Positions 29,190-38,536 of a stretch of 64,000 nucleotides of DNA are shown here, one piece after another. The notes under the pieces were generated by a model that worked only from the letters and a program-made list of their open reading frames with translations, had not been told where the DNA came from and searched no databases. The stretch spans positions 3,160 to 67,159 of the forward strand of contig CACAAP010000001.1 of NCBI GenBank assembly GCA_902530535.1. The letters run 5' to 3'. Source of the stretch: an uncultured Candidatus Poseidoniales archaeon. GTDB lineage: Archaea > Thermoplasmatota > Poseidoniia > Poseidoniales > Thalassarchaeaceae. Position numbers and translations under genes: made by a program. The first letter of the stretch is position 1; each line of letters opens with the position of its first letter.

Positions 29190-30122
29190 TGATGGGGATT
29201 GGTACTTCCTTTCCTTCATATCATTCTGGTACCTGAGTCCCAATGTGGTGCCATTTTCTTCTATCCATTCTGAGAATTTTACTACCCCTAGTGGCTTGTC
29301 ATCTGATGCCATCAGTCCATTCATCAATCCACGAATTTCAGCTCTGGTAATGACTCTGTCACTGACAAGAATTCCTACAACCTTGCCAACAACCCACGCG
29401 ACTATAGGGGGAACTGGAATAATTGCTCTTCTAAGACCCATAGATTTTGAAATTAACTTTACGTACTCATAATAGGAGAATTTTTCGGGCCCTGCAACGT
29501 CCAAAATTTCATTATCATTCAGGGCTCCTTGTTCCACTGCTATTCGAGCAACATCGGAGATGTGCACAGGTTGTATCGGATAGGATCCTAGACCAAAGAC
29601 ACCGAAAACAGGAAACCTACGTATTAGCCATGCCATATTGTTGATCAATACATCTCTCTTACCACCGAAAAATACGGTAGGGCGCAGTATTGCATGAGAT
29701 AGCTTTGACTCGGTTATCATTCTCTCAACTTCCATCTTTCCAATGAAATAGGTCCAATCGGGAGCCTTGTCAGGATGCGCTACTGAAAAGTGTACGATCC
29801 TCCTTATTCCTGCATCCTCAGCTGCAGAGATTAGTTTCCTTGTATTTGAAACAGCTAAGTCGTGCGCATATCCTCCTTCCCTGTCTTTGTACCTTACCCA
29901 ATAGGTGTTGTATAGAACATCTGCATCAGAAAGAGATGATATCAGTGAATCGTGGTTTGAAAAATCAATTGGTCTTACTTCCACTTGGCCGTTAAATGGA
30001 TCGTCCCTTCCTATGGCATTTGTCAGAGTCCTAACTCTGTACCCGCAATTCAGCAACTCCTTGGCTATCCATCGTCCTGAATAGCCAAATGCTCCAGTAA
30101 CAACGTGAGCATCTTTTGCCAC
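29157..30122 (-). CDS. NAD(P)-dependent epimerase/SDR (NDUFA9-like atypical SDR)
   Basis: VTGAFGYSG, YFIGK, ILRPT, QPVHISDVA. Confidence 0.85.
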   Translation of the reverse strand: MAKDAHVVTGAFGYSGRWIAKELLNCGYRVRTLTNAIGRDDPFNGQVEVRPIDFSNHDSLISSLSDADVLYNTYWVRYKDREGGYAHDLAVSNTRKLISAAEDAGIRRIVHFSVAHPDKAPDWTYFIGKMEVERMITESKLSHAILRPTVFFGGKRDVLINNMAWLIRRFPVFGVFGLGSYPIQPVHISDVARIAVEQGALNDNEILDVAGPEKFSYYEYVKLISKSMGLRRAIIPVPPIVAWVVGKVVGILVSDRVITRAEIRGLMNGLMASDDKPLGVVKFSEWIEENGTTLGLRYQNDMKERKYQSPSLFYNSPNSTE

Positions 30123-30195
30123 AATGTTGGGAATAGGCGAATAGCCATTATCTTAACCGCATTAATTTGAAGAGTGCTGCCATGTGTTTTGTCAC

Positions 30196-32472
30196 ATGAG
30201 GCTGACACCTGAGGCTACCACTCCGCTCGAAGATGCATTACCTAAGAGGAAGCCTCAGAGTAAATCTGCTGCGGGACTTCCAGCAATTATCTCAACAGCA
30301 AAGCACGGCCTCTCGAAAATGGGATTGATCGGTTCATTGACTAATTTTTACAAAGTCAATAAGTTCCAGGGCTTTGACTGCCCTGGATGTGCATGGCCAG
30401 ATCCTGACGGTTCTCGTACAATCGCTGAGTTTTGTGAGAATGGTGCCAAGGCAATAGCTGATGAGGGTACAAAGAAAAGGGCCGGTCCTGAATTCTGGTC
30501 TAGATGGACTGTTAGGGATTTATCGCTAAAATCCGATAAATGGCTCAATTCACAGGGCAGGCTAACACATCCCCTTATTCTAAGGGAAGGTTCTGATTAC
30601 TACGAGTCCATATCATGGGATGATGCGTTTGAAGAAATTGCCACGAAGATGGCTCCTTTAGAGCCGGATCAGTCGGTATTCTATACCTCTGGTAGGACAA
30701 GTAACGAGGCTGCTTTCATGTGGCAATTACTCGCTAGGAGGTATGGCACCAACAACCTCCCAGATTGTTCCAATATGTGTCATGAATCATCAGGAGTAGC
30801 TCTGAATGAAACCATAGGAATAGGGAAGGGTACCGTTAAACTAGAAGACTTCGATAAGGCGGACTTGATTATTGTAGTAGGGCAAAACCCAGGGACTAAT
30901 CATCCAAGAATGTTGACGGCTCTGAGAGATGCTAAGAAGAACGGTGCATCAATTATTTCCATAAACCCTCTAATTGAGACGGGCATGATTAGATTCAAAC
31001 ACCCTCAGAACCCTCTAGAAGTTCTAGGTTACGGAACTGAAATTTCGGATGAGCATGTCAGGGTATGCTTGAACGGGGATCAGGCTCTGTTCAGGGGGTT
31101 TGCCAAGGTAATACTTGAAAGATCACTAGAGGATTCCGGATTTATCAGCACATTCACGAAAGGCTACGAAGACTACGAAAAGCTGGTTCGAAATACATCA
31201 TGGGATAAGATCTCCATGTTGTCCGGAGTCGAAAGAAAAGAAATACAGAGGATTGGGAATTTGATTGCGAAGTCGAAAGCCACAATCTGCTGTTGGGCAA
31301 TGGGCCTTACTCAGCACAAGAACTCCGTACTCACAATACAAGAAATCTCCAACCTTCTTCTGCTTGGAGGGCACGTTGGAAGGGAAGGGTCTGGATTGTG
31401 CCCAGTTAGAGGACATTCGAACGTCCAAGGTGATCGAACTGTGGGGATAAACCATAATCCTACATCGGAGTTTATGGATTCTTTGAGAAGAGAGTTCGGA
31501 ATACAGAAGCTCCAAACCAGAGGGCTCGATTCAGTAGGTGCAGTCAAAAGTATGTTACAACGAGAAGCCCGAGTATTCCTTTCTATGGGGGGGAATTTCA
31601 TATCTGCAATGTCTGACACAAATGCCACTTCTGAAGCGATTAGAAACTGCTCGCTCACAGTCCAGATTTCAACCAAGCCCAATCGGTCTCACCTGATAAC
31701 CGGAAAGATAGGCATAATCCTGCCATGCCTAGGGAGGACGGAGCGTGACGAGTCGGGAGGTAGTGCACAGTTTGTTACAGTAGAGAACTCGATGGGAGTA
31801 GTACACAAGTCTGTTGGAACTAGTTCACCTGCAAGCAATAATCTAAGATCCGAGGCGAGCATTGTATCTGGAATAGCCATGGCAATTGAGGATAAATTAG
31901 GATTTTCAGGAATTATGTGGAGAGAACTTGCCTCGGATTATGATATGATTAGGGATAGTATTGAGAAGGTGGTTCCAGGTTTTGATTCATACAATGAAAG
32001 GTGCAGGGAAAATGGAGGTTTCTATCTACCTAATCCTCCGAGGGACTCGAGAATATTCCCTACCAAAACTGGCTTGGCAAATTTCATCTCCAATGATCTG
32101 GTTTCAATTTCACCTAAGCATGGTGAGTTTCTTATGATGACAATCAGATCTCATGACCAATACAATACCACAGTGTACACCCATAATGACAGATACCGTG
32201 GAATTTACTCTGGAAGGAGAGTTGTTCTGATGAATAAATCGGATATGGAGGAAAATAGTTGGGAGGAATTTGACGAGGTTTCAATCACATCTGAATTCGA
32301 TCAAAAAGTGGTGAAGTCTGATAGATGGAGAGTGGTTGAGTATGATATTCCTAGGGGAAACGTTGCTACTTATTTCCCAGAAGCGAATGTACTTATCCCA
32401 CTAAACAGCGTTGCCGACAAGAGCAATACTCCTACTAGCAAATCAGTAATCGTTAATATCACGTCTACCTGA
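30196..32472 (+). CDS. FdhF/YdeP family molybdopterin oxidoreductase
   Basis: GFDCPGCAWPD, FCENGAKA, YTSGRTSNE, NNLPDCSNMCHE, RGHSNVQG, RSHDQYNTT, YFPEAN. Confidence 0.93.
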   Translation: MRLTPEATTPLEDALPKRKPQSKSAAGLPAIISTAKHGLSKMGLIGSLTNFYKVNKFQGFDCPGCAWPDPDGSRTIAEFCENGAKAIADEGTKKRAGPEFWSRWTVRDLSLKSDKWLNSQGRLTHPLILREGSDYYESISWDDAFEEIATKMAPLEPDQSVFYTSGRTSNEAAFMWQLLARRYGTNNLPDCSNMCHESSGVALNETIGIGKGTVKLEDFDKADLIIVVGQNPGTNHPRMLTALRDAKKNGASIISINPLIETGMIRFKHPQNPLEVLGYGTEISDEHVRVCLNGDQALFRGFAKVILERSLEDSGFISTFTKGYEDYEKLVRNTSWDKISMLSGVERKEIQRIGNLIAKSKATICCWAMGLTQHKNSVLTIQEISNLLLLGGHVGREGSGLCPVRGHSNVQGDRTVGINHNPTSEFMDSLRREFGIQKLQTRGLDSVGAVKSMLQREARVFLSMGGNFISAMSDTNATSEAIRNCSLTVQISTKPNRSHLITGKIGIILPCLGRTERDESGGSAQFVTVENSMGVVHKSVGTSSPASNNLRSEASIVSGIAMAIEDKLGFSGIMWRELASDYDMIRDSIEKVVPGFDSYNERCRENGGFYLPNPPRDSRIFPTKTGLANFISNDLVSISPKHGEFLMMTIRSHDQYNTTVYTHNDRYRGIYSGRRVVLMNKSDMEENSWEEFDEVSITSEFDQKVVKSDRWRVVEYDIPRGNVATYFPEANVLIPLNSVADKSNTPTSKSVIVNITST

Positions 32473-33664
32473 TACCACGAGCCTGTCTTTTGGCCTGTTC
32501 CCTAGCTAAAACCCTGCATCTACTAATCTGCTTCTCGCATAGTTCAGCCTCGGACTCATCGAGGCCCCTCTCTAAGGATTGAGAGAAGCACTTTATTGCA
32601 TCATCGAACATTTCTACTGCGGCATAAGATGAGCCCATATTGAACAGAGTCCTCCCTGAGACCGATTTGGGGTCTAAACCTATTGCAGTGTGATATGCGA
32701 CAATGCTCTCAGGGTATCTACCTTCATTGTACAATGCATTGCCTCTTCCATTCTGTGCCTTTACCCTGAGCTCGACTTCACTGGAAGGACACCCCCCAAT
32801 AGCCTTCTCGAAACTAGAAAGTGCCTCATCGTTCTTTCCTTCATTTAGCAGGTTAATACCCATGTTATACCAACCCAGAGAATCGTCTAGGCTTCCTCTT
32901 TCCTCAACCACTGGTGCTGATCGCACCTCGTCTGCTGCGATAAGTAACAGTTCATCGTCGTCAACATCATCATGAATGCCTGTACTTATCTCTGGCTCAG
33001 ATTGCTCATTAGTATCTGACTCAATTTGATCGGCCCTCTTCATACATTGTACAGCACGATCTTCGTAGCCCGCCGAACTCAATGCTTCACCGAGCCCCCT
33101 CCAAACTTCGGGAGAATCTGGAGTCTGCTCTAGAAGATCCTTCCAGATTGAAACAGCAGTTGAATGATCTCCTGATGACGATAGCGCACGAGCCTCTTCC
33201 TGTCTGCTAGACTCATCGGAATCAGGGGAAATGTCCATATCTAGGATTTGATCAACTGGATCTTCATTAATCGGTTGTGATTCTATGAAGACTAGCTCTT
33301 GGGTTTCTTCGGGCTTGGATATTGAGGCAATGTTATTCAGTTTCTCATCTTGTTCGAGATGCGGAAGTGCTCTTTTCGCAAAATTACTAGCCCTCTCTGG
33401 TTCACTTTCTTCTAGAAGATACGCTAGATTGGCTAGAGTCGGCGGGTGATCTGGATATTTCTCATCGCATTTTTCGAAGGCCTCAATTGCATCTTTCGAT
33501 GAGCCAGTCTTACTGTACAGTACTCCTAGACAGAACCAGGCTGTAGCATTATTCTCGTCCATACTAAGAGCATCAAGATATGTTAGAATAGCTGTTGAGT
33601 AATCTCCGCTGTTGGTTAGAGTGGCGCCTAATTTCAAAGACTCAATGAGTCCACTCATGACCAT
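32465..33664 (-). CDS. Tetratricopeptide repeat protein
   Basis: Several TPR motifs (AWFCLGVLY, VWRGLGEAL, WYNMGINL, NGRGNALY) separated by acidic linkers. Confidence 0.85.
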   Translation of the reverse strand: MVMSGLIESLKLGATLTNSGDYSTAILTYLDALSMDENNATAWFCLGVLYSKTGSSKDAIEAFEKCDEKYPDHPPTLANLAYLLEESEPERASNFAKRALPHLEQDEKLNNIASISKPEETQELVFIESQPINEDPVDQILDMDISPDSDESSRQEEARALSSSGDHSTAVSIWKDLLEQTPDSPEVWRGLGEALSSAGYEDRAVQCMKRADQIESDTNEQSEPEISTGIHDDVDDDELLLIAADEVRSAPVVEERGSLDDSLGWYNMGINLLNEGKNDEALSSFEKAIGGCPSSEVELRVKAQNGRGNALYNEGRYPESIVAYHTAIGLDPKSVSGRTLFNMGSSYAAVEMFDDAIKCFSQSLERGLDESEAELCEKQISRCRVLAREQAKRQARGIR

Positions 33665-33744
33665 TGGGAAAATCACCAATGAATAAGTATTCTGAAGTAT
33701 AGTAGAAAGGTACAATTGAAGACTGATTGCCATTTGTGTTGTAC

Positions 33745-34290
33745 ATGGACGAGCCGATAGTAGTGATGGGCATTTGCGGCTCTTACGATCTAGACTCAGC
33801 TAACGGCAGAATGCTAGAGCTTATTCTCAGAGAATGTGGGAATCTCGGTGCGGAAACAGTGGTCTGGGACCATGGAAAAAGGCCGTTGCCCCTTGTTGGA
33901 GCAGAAGGTTCGTGGGATGATTCAAACGTCAAAGACTTCCAAGAAATGGCAGTTTCTGCAGATGCCTATGTCCTATCGAGTCCAGAATATCACGGAACCA
34001 TGAGTGGCGTGATGAAGAATAGCCTTGATTGGTTATATTCGAAGCATACTTCAGGCAAGGTTTTCGCTTTAGTTTGTACTCTAGGTGGTCAAACTAGCAA
34101 TAATACACTGAACCATATGAGAATAGCAGCCAGATGGATACATGGCTGGGTGATTCCAGAACAGGTGGCGGTACCACACATCAAGAGTGCTTTCGACGAA
34201 GATGGAGAGCTTCTAAACCCAGAAATCAACGATCGTGTTCTGTCGATTTCATCATCATTGATAGAAAATACTACCAAATTGAGGAGGTAG
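33745..34290 (+). CDS. NADPH-dependent FMN reductase
   Basis: ICGS...SAN and SPEYHGTMSGVMKNSLDW. Confidence 0.9.
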   Translation: MDEPIVVMGICGSYDLDSANGRMLELILRECGNLGAETVVWDHGKRPLPLVGAEGSWDDSNVKDFQEMAVSADAYVLSSPEYHGTMSGVMKNSLDWLYSKHTSGKVFALVCTLGGQTSNNTLNHMRIAARWIHGWVIPEQVAVPHIKSAFDEDGELLNPEINDRVLSISSSLIENTTKLRR

Positions 34291-34292
34291 TA

Positions 34293-34466
34293 GTGTCTGG
34301 TGAATCCCTCACTCCCGAGCTGGTATATTCGTTACTGCTAATGTCTATCTCTGGAGTTTCGGCTTGGTGGTCTAGGTACATCATTGAGAATATCGTTGCA
34401 TTAAAAATTTCAGTTTTTGTAGGAGTTTCTTCCTCTATATTCATGGTAATCAATATCTCAGGATGA
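34293..34466 (+). CDS. Small 2-TM membrane protein (57 aa)
   Basis: GTG start after a strong SD (gaggaggt, 34281-34288). Fills the gap between the FMN reductase and pqqD-like genes. Two hydrophobic helices. Confidence 0.55.
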   Translation: MSGESLTPELVYSLLLMSISGVSAWWSRYIIENIVALKISVFVGVSSSIFMVINISG

Positions 34467-34473
34467 AGTCGTT

Positions 34474-34833
34474 ATGGACATATTTCCAGTAAGATGCCAA
34501 GTAGAATGGACGACCTTGGAAAGTGGATGTATTGAAATCACTTTAGACAAGAATCTCAGTAAGATCGAGGAAAAGGTGGCTAGGATTATGGGTGCTCCAA
34601 CGTTCGTAAGACGTCCAATGGACAAAATGAACAGCGCCCTATGGGTGTTAATGGACGGATCACGAAACGTTCGAGCAATCATAGAGGAAATGGATGCCCA
34701 ATTTGATGAAGCAATTTCTCCTGTAGATGAAAGAGTGAGCAATTCAATTGCACAGTTTGTAGAATTGGGATTAGTGTCGCTAACTGGAATCAAAGATGAC
34801 TTCGATTGGGATATCGGACCCTCTGTTGTCTGA
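34474..34833 (+). CDS. PqqD-family (RiPP recognition element-like) protein
   Basis: MDKMNSALWVLMDGSRNVRAIIEEM...FVELGLV winged-helix pattern. Confidence 0.7.
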   Translation: MDIFPVRCQVEWTTLESGCIEITLDKNLSKIEEKVARIMGAPTFVRRPMDKMNSALWVLMDGSRNVRAIIEEMDAQFDEAISPVDERVSNSIAQFVELGLVSLTGIKDDFDWDIGPSVV

Positions 34834-34835
34834 CA

Positions 34836-35654
34836 TTAATCATCGACAGATGCTCTTTTGCTCTCGTTGAGATTCTCCCTGTACCTCGCAGAGAAGTAAA
34901 TCATCAATGGTATTACTAGAACGAGGAAAAAGCATCCAACTAGCGCAGAGAAGCTGTATACGGTCTCTTGGACAGGATTGATCTTGAACTTAGACAAGGA
35001 AACCAGTTCATGGGAGGAAAACTCCGATTCGACAAGCATTCCTGCACTAGGATTAGTTTCACCATCGCTAACAACCTTCACCTTCCATGTGATTGTCTTT
35101 TGTGCACTGGAAATTAGAGAGTCGGCTTCTTCCTGGGCACTTTCGAAGTTCTCACTCTCCAGATAGCCCTTACCCTTGATTGGCAACTCTAGAGATACTC
35201 GACCTCTTAGAGTTCCACTACCATTGTCTAAGTCCATAGTATGAGTTCTACTATACTCACAAGTATCTAGGATGTCTGAATAGTCTGAGTTTGGCTCATT
35301 GCAAACATAGCTCTGATCGGTTAGGCCTAAATTTGGAGAGTGGGACCAATTTGTACCCTCTGCTTCTACGATTAGTGTTGAGCCTGAGGGTGCGTCGTAT
35401 ACGGTGAAATTTACCCAAGTTATCGCATCTGTTGTGGTATAGTACCACTGGGCCAGTCCCTCCGACTCTTGAGTAAGATCCATTGATTCATGCTCGTTTG
35501 TTGTGTTGTACTCGTAGTACTCGGAATCAACAGTGTTAGAGTATACTGCGTAGGACAGTAGTACGATTAACGTCATTCCCGTTCCGATCATGGTACGAAG
35601 CATGTTCGGATTCTTCGACAGTGATTTCTTCACAATTTTTGCAAATGGCCCCAA
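34836..35654 (-). CDS. Hypothetical membrane-anchored protein (N- and C-terminal TM helices)
   Basis: 272-aa ORF with two TM helices flanking a polar extracellular domain. Start uncertain. Confidence 0.65.
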   Translation of the reverse strand: MGPFAKIVKKSLSKNPNMLRTMIGTGMTLIVLLSYAVYSNTVDSEYYEYNTTNEHESMDLTQESEGLAQWYYTTTDAITWVNFTVYDAPSGSTLIVEAEGTNWSHSPNLGLTDQSYVCNEPNSDYSDILDTCEYSRTHTMDLDNGSGTLRGRVSLELPIKGKGYLESENFESAQEEADSLISSAQKTITWKVKVVSDGETNPSAGMLVESEFSSHELVSLSKFKINPVQETVYSFSALVGCFFLVLVIPLMIYFSARYRENLNESKRASVDD

Positions 35655-35758
35655 TTATTCAATGCTTGTTGTGAGAAAACATCCAATGAGAATCAGCAAA
35701 ACCGTGTCATCACGGTTAAATACGGTCTGTTGGACGGGCGGGACGCACGGGTGAAGGT

Positions 35759-36229
35759 ATGACGACTTACTATGACGTTCCAGCAGACCTTCTAATTGCT
35801 AGTCTTTCTGAGAAGTTGAGGTCTTATGACAAGGTCTCTGCACCAGAATGGGCATCTCAGGTTAAGACAGGCACTCACAGGGAAAGACCACCCGTTCAGG
35901 AAGACTGGTGGCACACTAGAGCGGCATCAGTACTTAGGAAGGTGGCAATAAAGGGCCCAATAGGTACCAATAGAATTTCACAAGAGTTCGGGGGATCTAA
36001 GGATAGAGGGGTGAAGAAGAATAAGGCTGTGGCGGGTTCAAGGAACGTCGCTAGGAAGATTCTGCAGCAACTCTCAGATTCGGGGTTATTGGTCGAATCG
36101 CTGAATACAGCTGGTAATGTTAACAGGGGTAAAATAGTAAGTTCCGAGGGACAAGCTCTTCTCGACGAGGTTGCACATTCGGTAAGGTCGAAAGCTGAAG
36201 AAAGGTACCCTGGCTTGGAGAAGTATTGA
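35759..36229 (+). CDS. rps19e: 30S ribosomal protein S19e
   Basis: PEWA..VKTG.HRERPP..EDWWHTRAAS.LRK. Confidence 0.96.
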   Translation: MTTYYDVPADLLIASLSEKLRSYDKVSAPEWASQVKTGTHRERPPVQEDWWHTRAASVLRKVAIKGPIGTNRISQEFGGSKDRGVKKNKAVAGSRNVARKILQQLSDSGLLVESLNTAGNVNRGKIVSSEGQALLDEVAHSVRSKAEERYPGLEKY

Positions 36230-36238
36230 GGTGGCACC

Positions 36239-36394
36239 ATGGCAAGGAACAAACCATTCGCAAAGAAGAAGCGCTTGAATAAAGTGACCAAGCAGAATAA
36301 GCGTGTCCCGGTTTGGGTTGTAATGAGGACAAATAGGAAAACTAATTCTCACCCCAAGAGACACATGTGGAGAAGATCCAAACTACAGAGGTGA
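36239..36394 (+). CDS. rpl39e: 50S ribosomal protein L39e (not in ORF track)
   Basis: Hand translation [53 protein letters not shown] gaggtg. Lies between rps19e and rpl31e. Confidence 0.95.
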   Translation: MARNKPFAKKKRLNKVTKQNKRVPVWVVMRTNRKTNSHPKRHMWRRSKLQR

Positions 36395-36398
36395 CCAA

Positions 36399-36662
36399 AT
36401 GGCAGAGGTTAAGGAAATCACAATACCACTCAGAGCTGCGTGGAAGGTTCCACGAACAAGCAGGGCGAAAAGAGCCATGGCCGAAGTAAAGATTCATGTT
36501 TCTAGACATATGAAAAGAGGTGACGACGAAGAAATCTGGATAGATGAGTCTGTTAATCATGCAATTTGGGCAAGGGGAATGCAGAATCCACCTAGAAAGA
36601 TCAGAGTAGTATGTACTAGGGAAGAGGGTTTTCCGTTAGAAGTTAAATTATTGGAGGATTGA
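36399..36662 (+). CDS. rpl31e: 50S ribosomal protein L31e
   Basis: TIPLR...[28 protein letters not shown]. Confidence 0.95.
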   Translation: MAEVKEITIPLRAAWKVPRTSRAKRAMAEVKIHVSRHMKRGDDEEIWIDESVNHAIWARGMQNPPRKIRVVCTREEGFPLEVKLLED

Positions 36663-36663
36663 A

Positions 36664-36855
36664 ATGGGAAATATCAGACCTTCGTTTATCAAAAGCAGAG
36701 CTCTGAGGCTTGTAGAGATGTATCCCGATCAATTCACAGATGATTTCGACACGAACAAGCATCTAGTTTCTGAGTTCACTGATGTAGAAAACAAAAGGAT
36801 GAGAAATTGGATTGCCGGGTATATCACTCGATATAAACAGCGCAGAATCGATTAG
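36664..36855 (+). CDS. rps17e: 30S ribosomal protein S17e
   Basis: [29 protein letters not shown]. Confidence 0.96.
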   Translation: MGNIRPSFIKSRALRLVEMYPDQFTDDFDTNKHLVSEFTDVENKRMRNWIAGYITRYKQRRID

Positions 36856-36891
36856 CGCATCACTCATCACCAGTTACCCATTCGAAGTATT

Positions 36892-37644
36892 ATGGGAGAC
36901 AGGAGGACAAAGAATCTACCTACTTTCTCCCAAAACGTCTGCGTCATCCTAGTAAAGCCTGAACATGATGGTAACATTGGTGCAGTAGCACGTTCGATGC
37001 TAAATTTCGGAATTAACGATCTCAGAGTTGTTGGTAGGGATGGAGTTTGGTCCGAGGAAGCGAGAAGGAGAGCGAAGAATGCACAAGAAGTCCTTGATGG
37101 TGCTAAAGTCGTTGACACCTTTGAAGAGAGCGTTGCGGACTGCTCATTAGTCGTAGGGACCTCTGGGAAGAGGGAAGAGGGCGAAAAGACAGCGAAGAGG
37201 CATTTCCTCCTTCCTGAGGAGCTCCCAGAGAGGCTTTCTGGGATTGAGGGTAGGGTGGCAATAGTATTCGGACCCGAAGGAAAGGGACTATTGAATGAGC
37301 AGTTGTCGATGTGTGATCTGCTTGTAACTATACCCACATGGGAGGGTTATCCCATACTCAATCTAAGTCATGCTGTATCCATAATCTGCTTTTCTTGGTA
37401 CGTAAACTCTGATACAACTAACCCGCCGGGGACAGGAGGTAGGCTACTTAATCCTAAATTGAGAGCCAAACTGAGGTCTGAGGCTAAGAGGCTAGTAGAA
37501 TCAATGCCAACTAAGGATCACAAGAGAAAGGGGATAGAAGATACTCTTCTCAGAGTATTATTCAGGGGACTTCCTAAGGATGATGAGATACACAGGATAC
37601 TCGGCATCCTAACACAGGCCGCCGACTCGTTCGAGCAAACTTGA
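36892..37644 (+). CDS. TrmJ/TrmH family SPOUT RNA methyltransferase
   Basis: PEHDGNIGAVARSMLNFG, VFGPEGKGL, YPILNLSHAV. Confidence 0.9.
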   Translation: MGDRRTKNLPTFSQNVCVILVKPEHDGNIGAVARSMLNFGINDLRVVGRDGVWSEEARRRAKNAQEVLDGAKVVDTFEESVADCSLVVGTSGKREEGEKTAKRHFLLPEELPERLSGIEGRVAIVFGPEGKGLLNEQLSMCDLLVTIPTWEGYPILNLSHAVSIICFSWYVNSDTTNPPGTGGRLLNPKLRAKLRSEAKRLVESMPTKDHKRKGIEDTLLRVLFRGLPKDDEIHRILGILTQAADSFEQT

Positions 37645-37668
37645 TTCTGAGTGCCCCCCTATGAGATA

Positions 37669-38124
37669 CTACTCGTTGAACCAGCTTGCCCATGATTTAG
37701 GAGTCTCCCTGACATGGAAGGCTCTTAGGATTAGAGAATTCCCGTAGGATGATGAGATATGGGGCTCTACCTGTTCAAATGCCCACTTAGCCAGGTTCTC
37801 CGCTGTAGGAATGAAGGGGAGAATCACGGTTCGATGCCCAGTCTCCATCATCCTGAGAGCATCTAGGGCTACTTCGTCATCCTCGAACACCAGGAAGGCG
37901 TGATCGACTACATCGTGGATATGCGTATTTAGAATCTCAGAAACCTCTGAGAAGTCAATTAGCATTCCCTCTTCTGATACTCCTCTCTTTGACACAACAT
38001 CCCCTTCCAACTCTGCCTCCCACCTATATCTGTGGCCGTGCATATGCCTACATTTGCTACTATGATTGGGTACCCTGTGGCCAGTATCTGTCTCGACCCA
38101 TCTTCGTATTCTATTCGGCATCAT
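37669..38124 (-). CDS. queD: 6-carboxytetrahydropterin synthase
   Basis: GHR...CRHMHGHRY, GMLIDF, DHAF, PTAENLA, VRETP. Confidence 0.92.
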   Translation of the reverse strand: MMPNRIRRWVETDTGHRVPNHSSKCRHMHGHRYRWEAELEGDVVSKRGVSEEGMLIDFSEVSEILNTHIHDVVDHAFLVFEDDEVALDALRMMETGHRTVILPFIPTAENLAKWAFEQVEPHISSSYGNSLILRAFHVRETPKSWASWFNE

Positions 38125-38536
38125 CTACCTCCATCTCGAAGTCTATACTTGCTGAGTTAATGCAGTATCTCTCGCCACCGAATTCAATAGGTCCGTCATC
38201 GAAAACATGACCCAGGTGAGCATCACATGAGCCGCACCTTACTTCTATTCTCAACATTCCATATGATGTGTCGCGTATCCTCTTAATTCCAGCATTTTGA
38301 TCCTCTGTGTGAAATGCTGGCCAGCCACATCTAGAGTCAAACTTCATCTGAGAGGTAAACAGTAAATGTCCGCAGCAAATGCACAGATAATCCCCCTTTC
38401 TGTTCTCCATATAGTGAATTCCTGAATTGGGTGGCTCTGTACCCGCCTCCCTAGTAACGTGATATTGCAGATCTGTGAGCCTTTCTCTCCATTCCGAATC
38501 CCTCTCTGGGTCGAATCTTGGAAGGTCGTCACTCAT
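38111..38536 (-). CDS. msrB: Peptide-methionine (R)-S-oxide reductase
   Basis: QYHVTREAGTEPP, KFDSRCGWPAF, CDAHLGHVFDDGP, RYCINSAS. ATG overlaps the queC stop (ATGA). Confidence 0.95.
   Translation of the reverse strand: MSDDLPRFDPERDSEWRERLTDLQYHVTREAGTEPPNSGIHYMENRKGDYLCICCGHLLFTSQMKFDSRCGWPAFHTEDQNAGIKRIRDTSYGMLRIEVRCGSCDAHLGHVFDDGPIEFGGERYCINSASIDFEMEVDDAE

Noticed and set aside
30196..32472. Selenocysteine in the formate dehydrogenase-like gene
   Set aside because: The ORF is uninterrupted and the Mo-ligand position is Cys (NMCHE).
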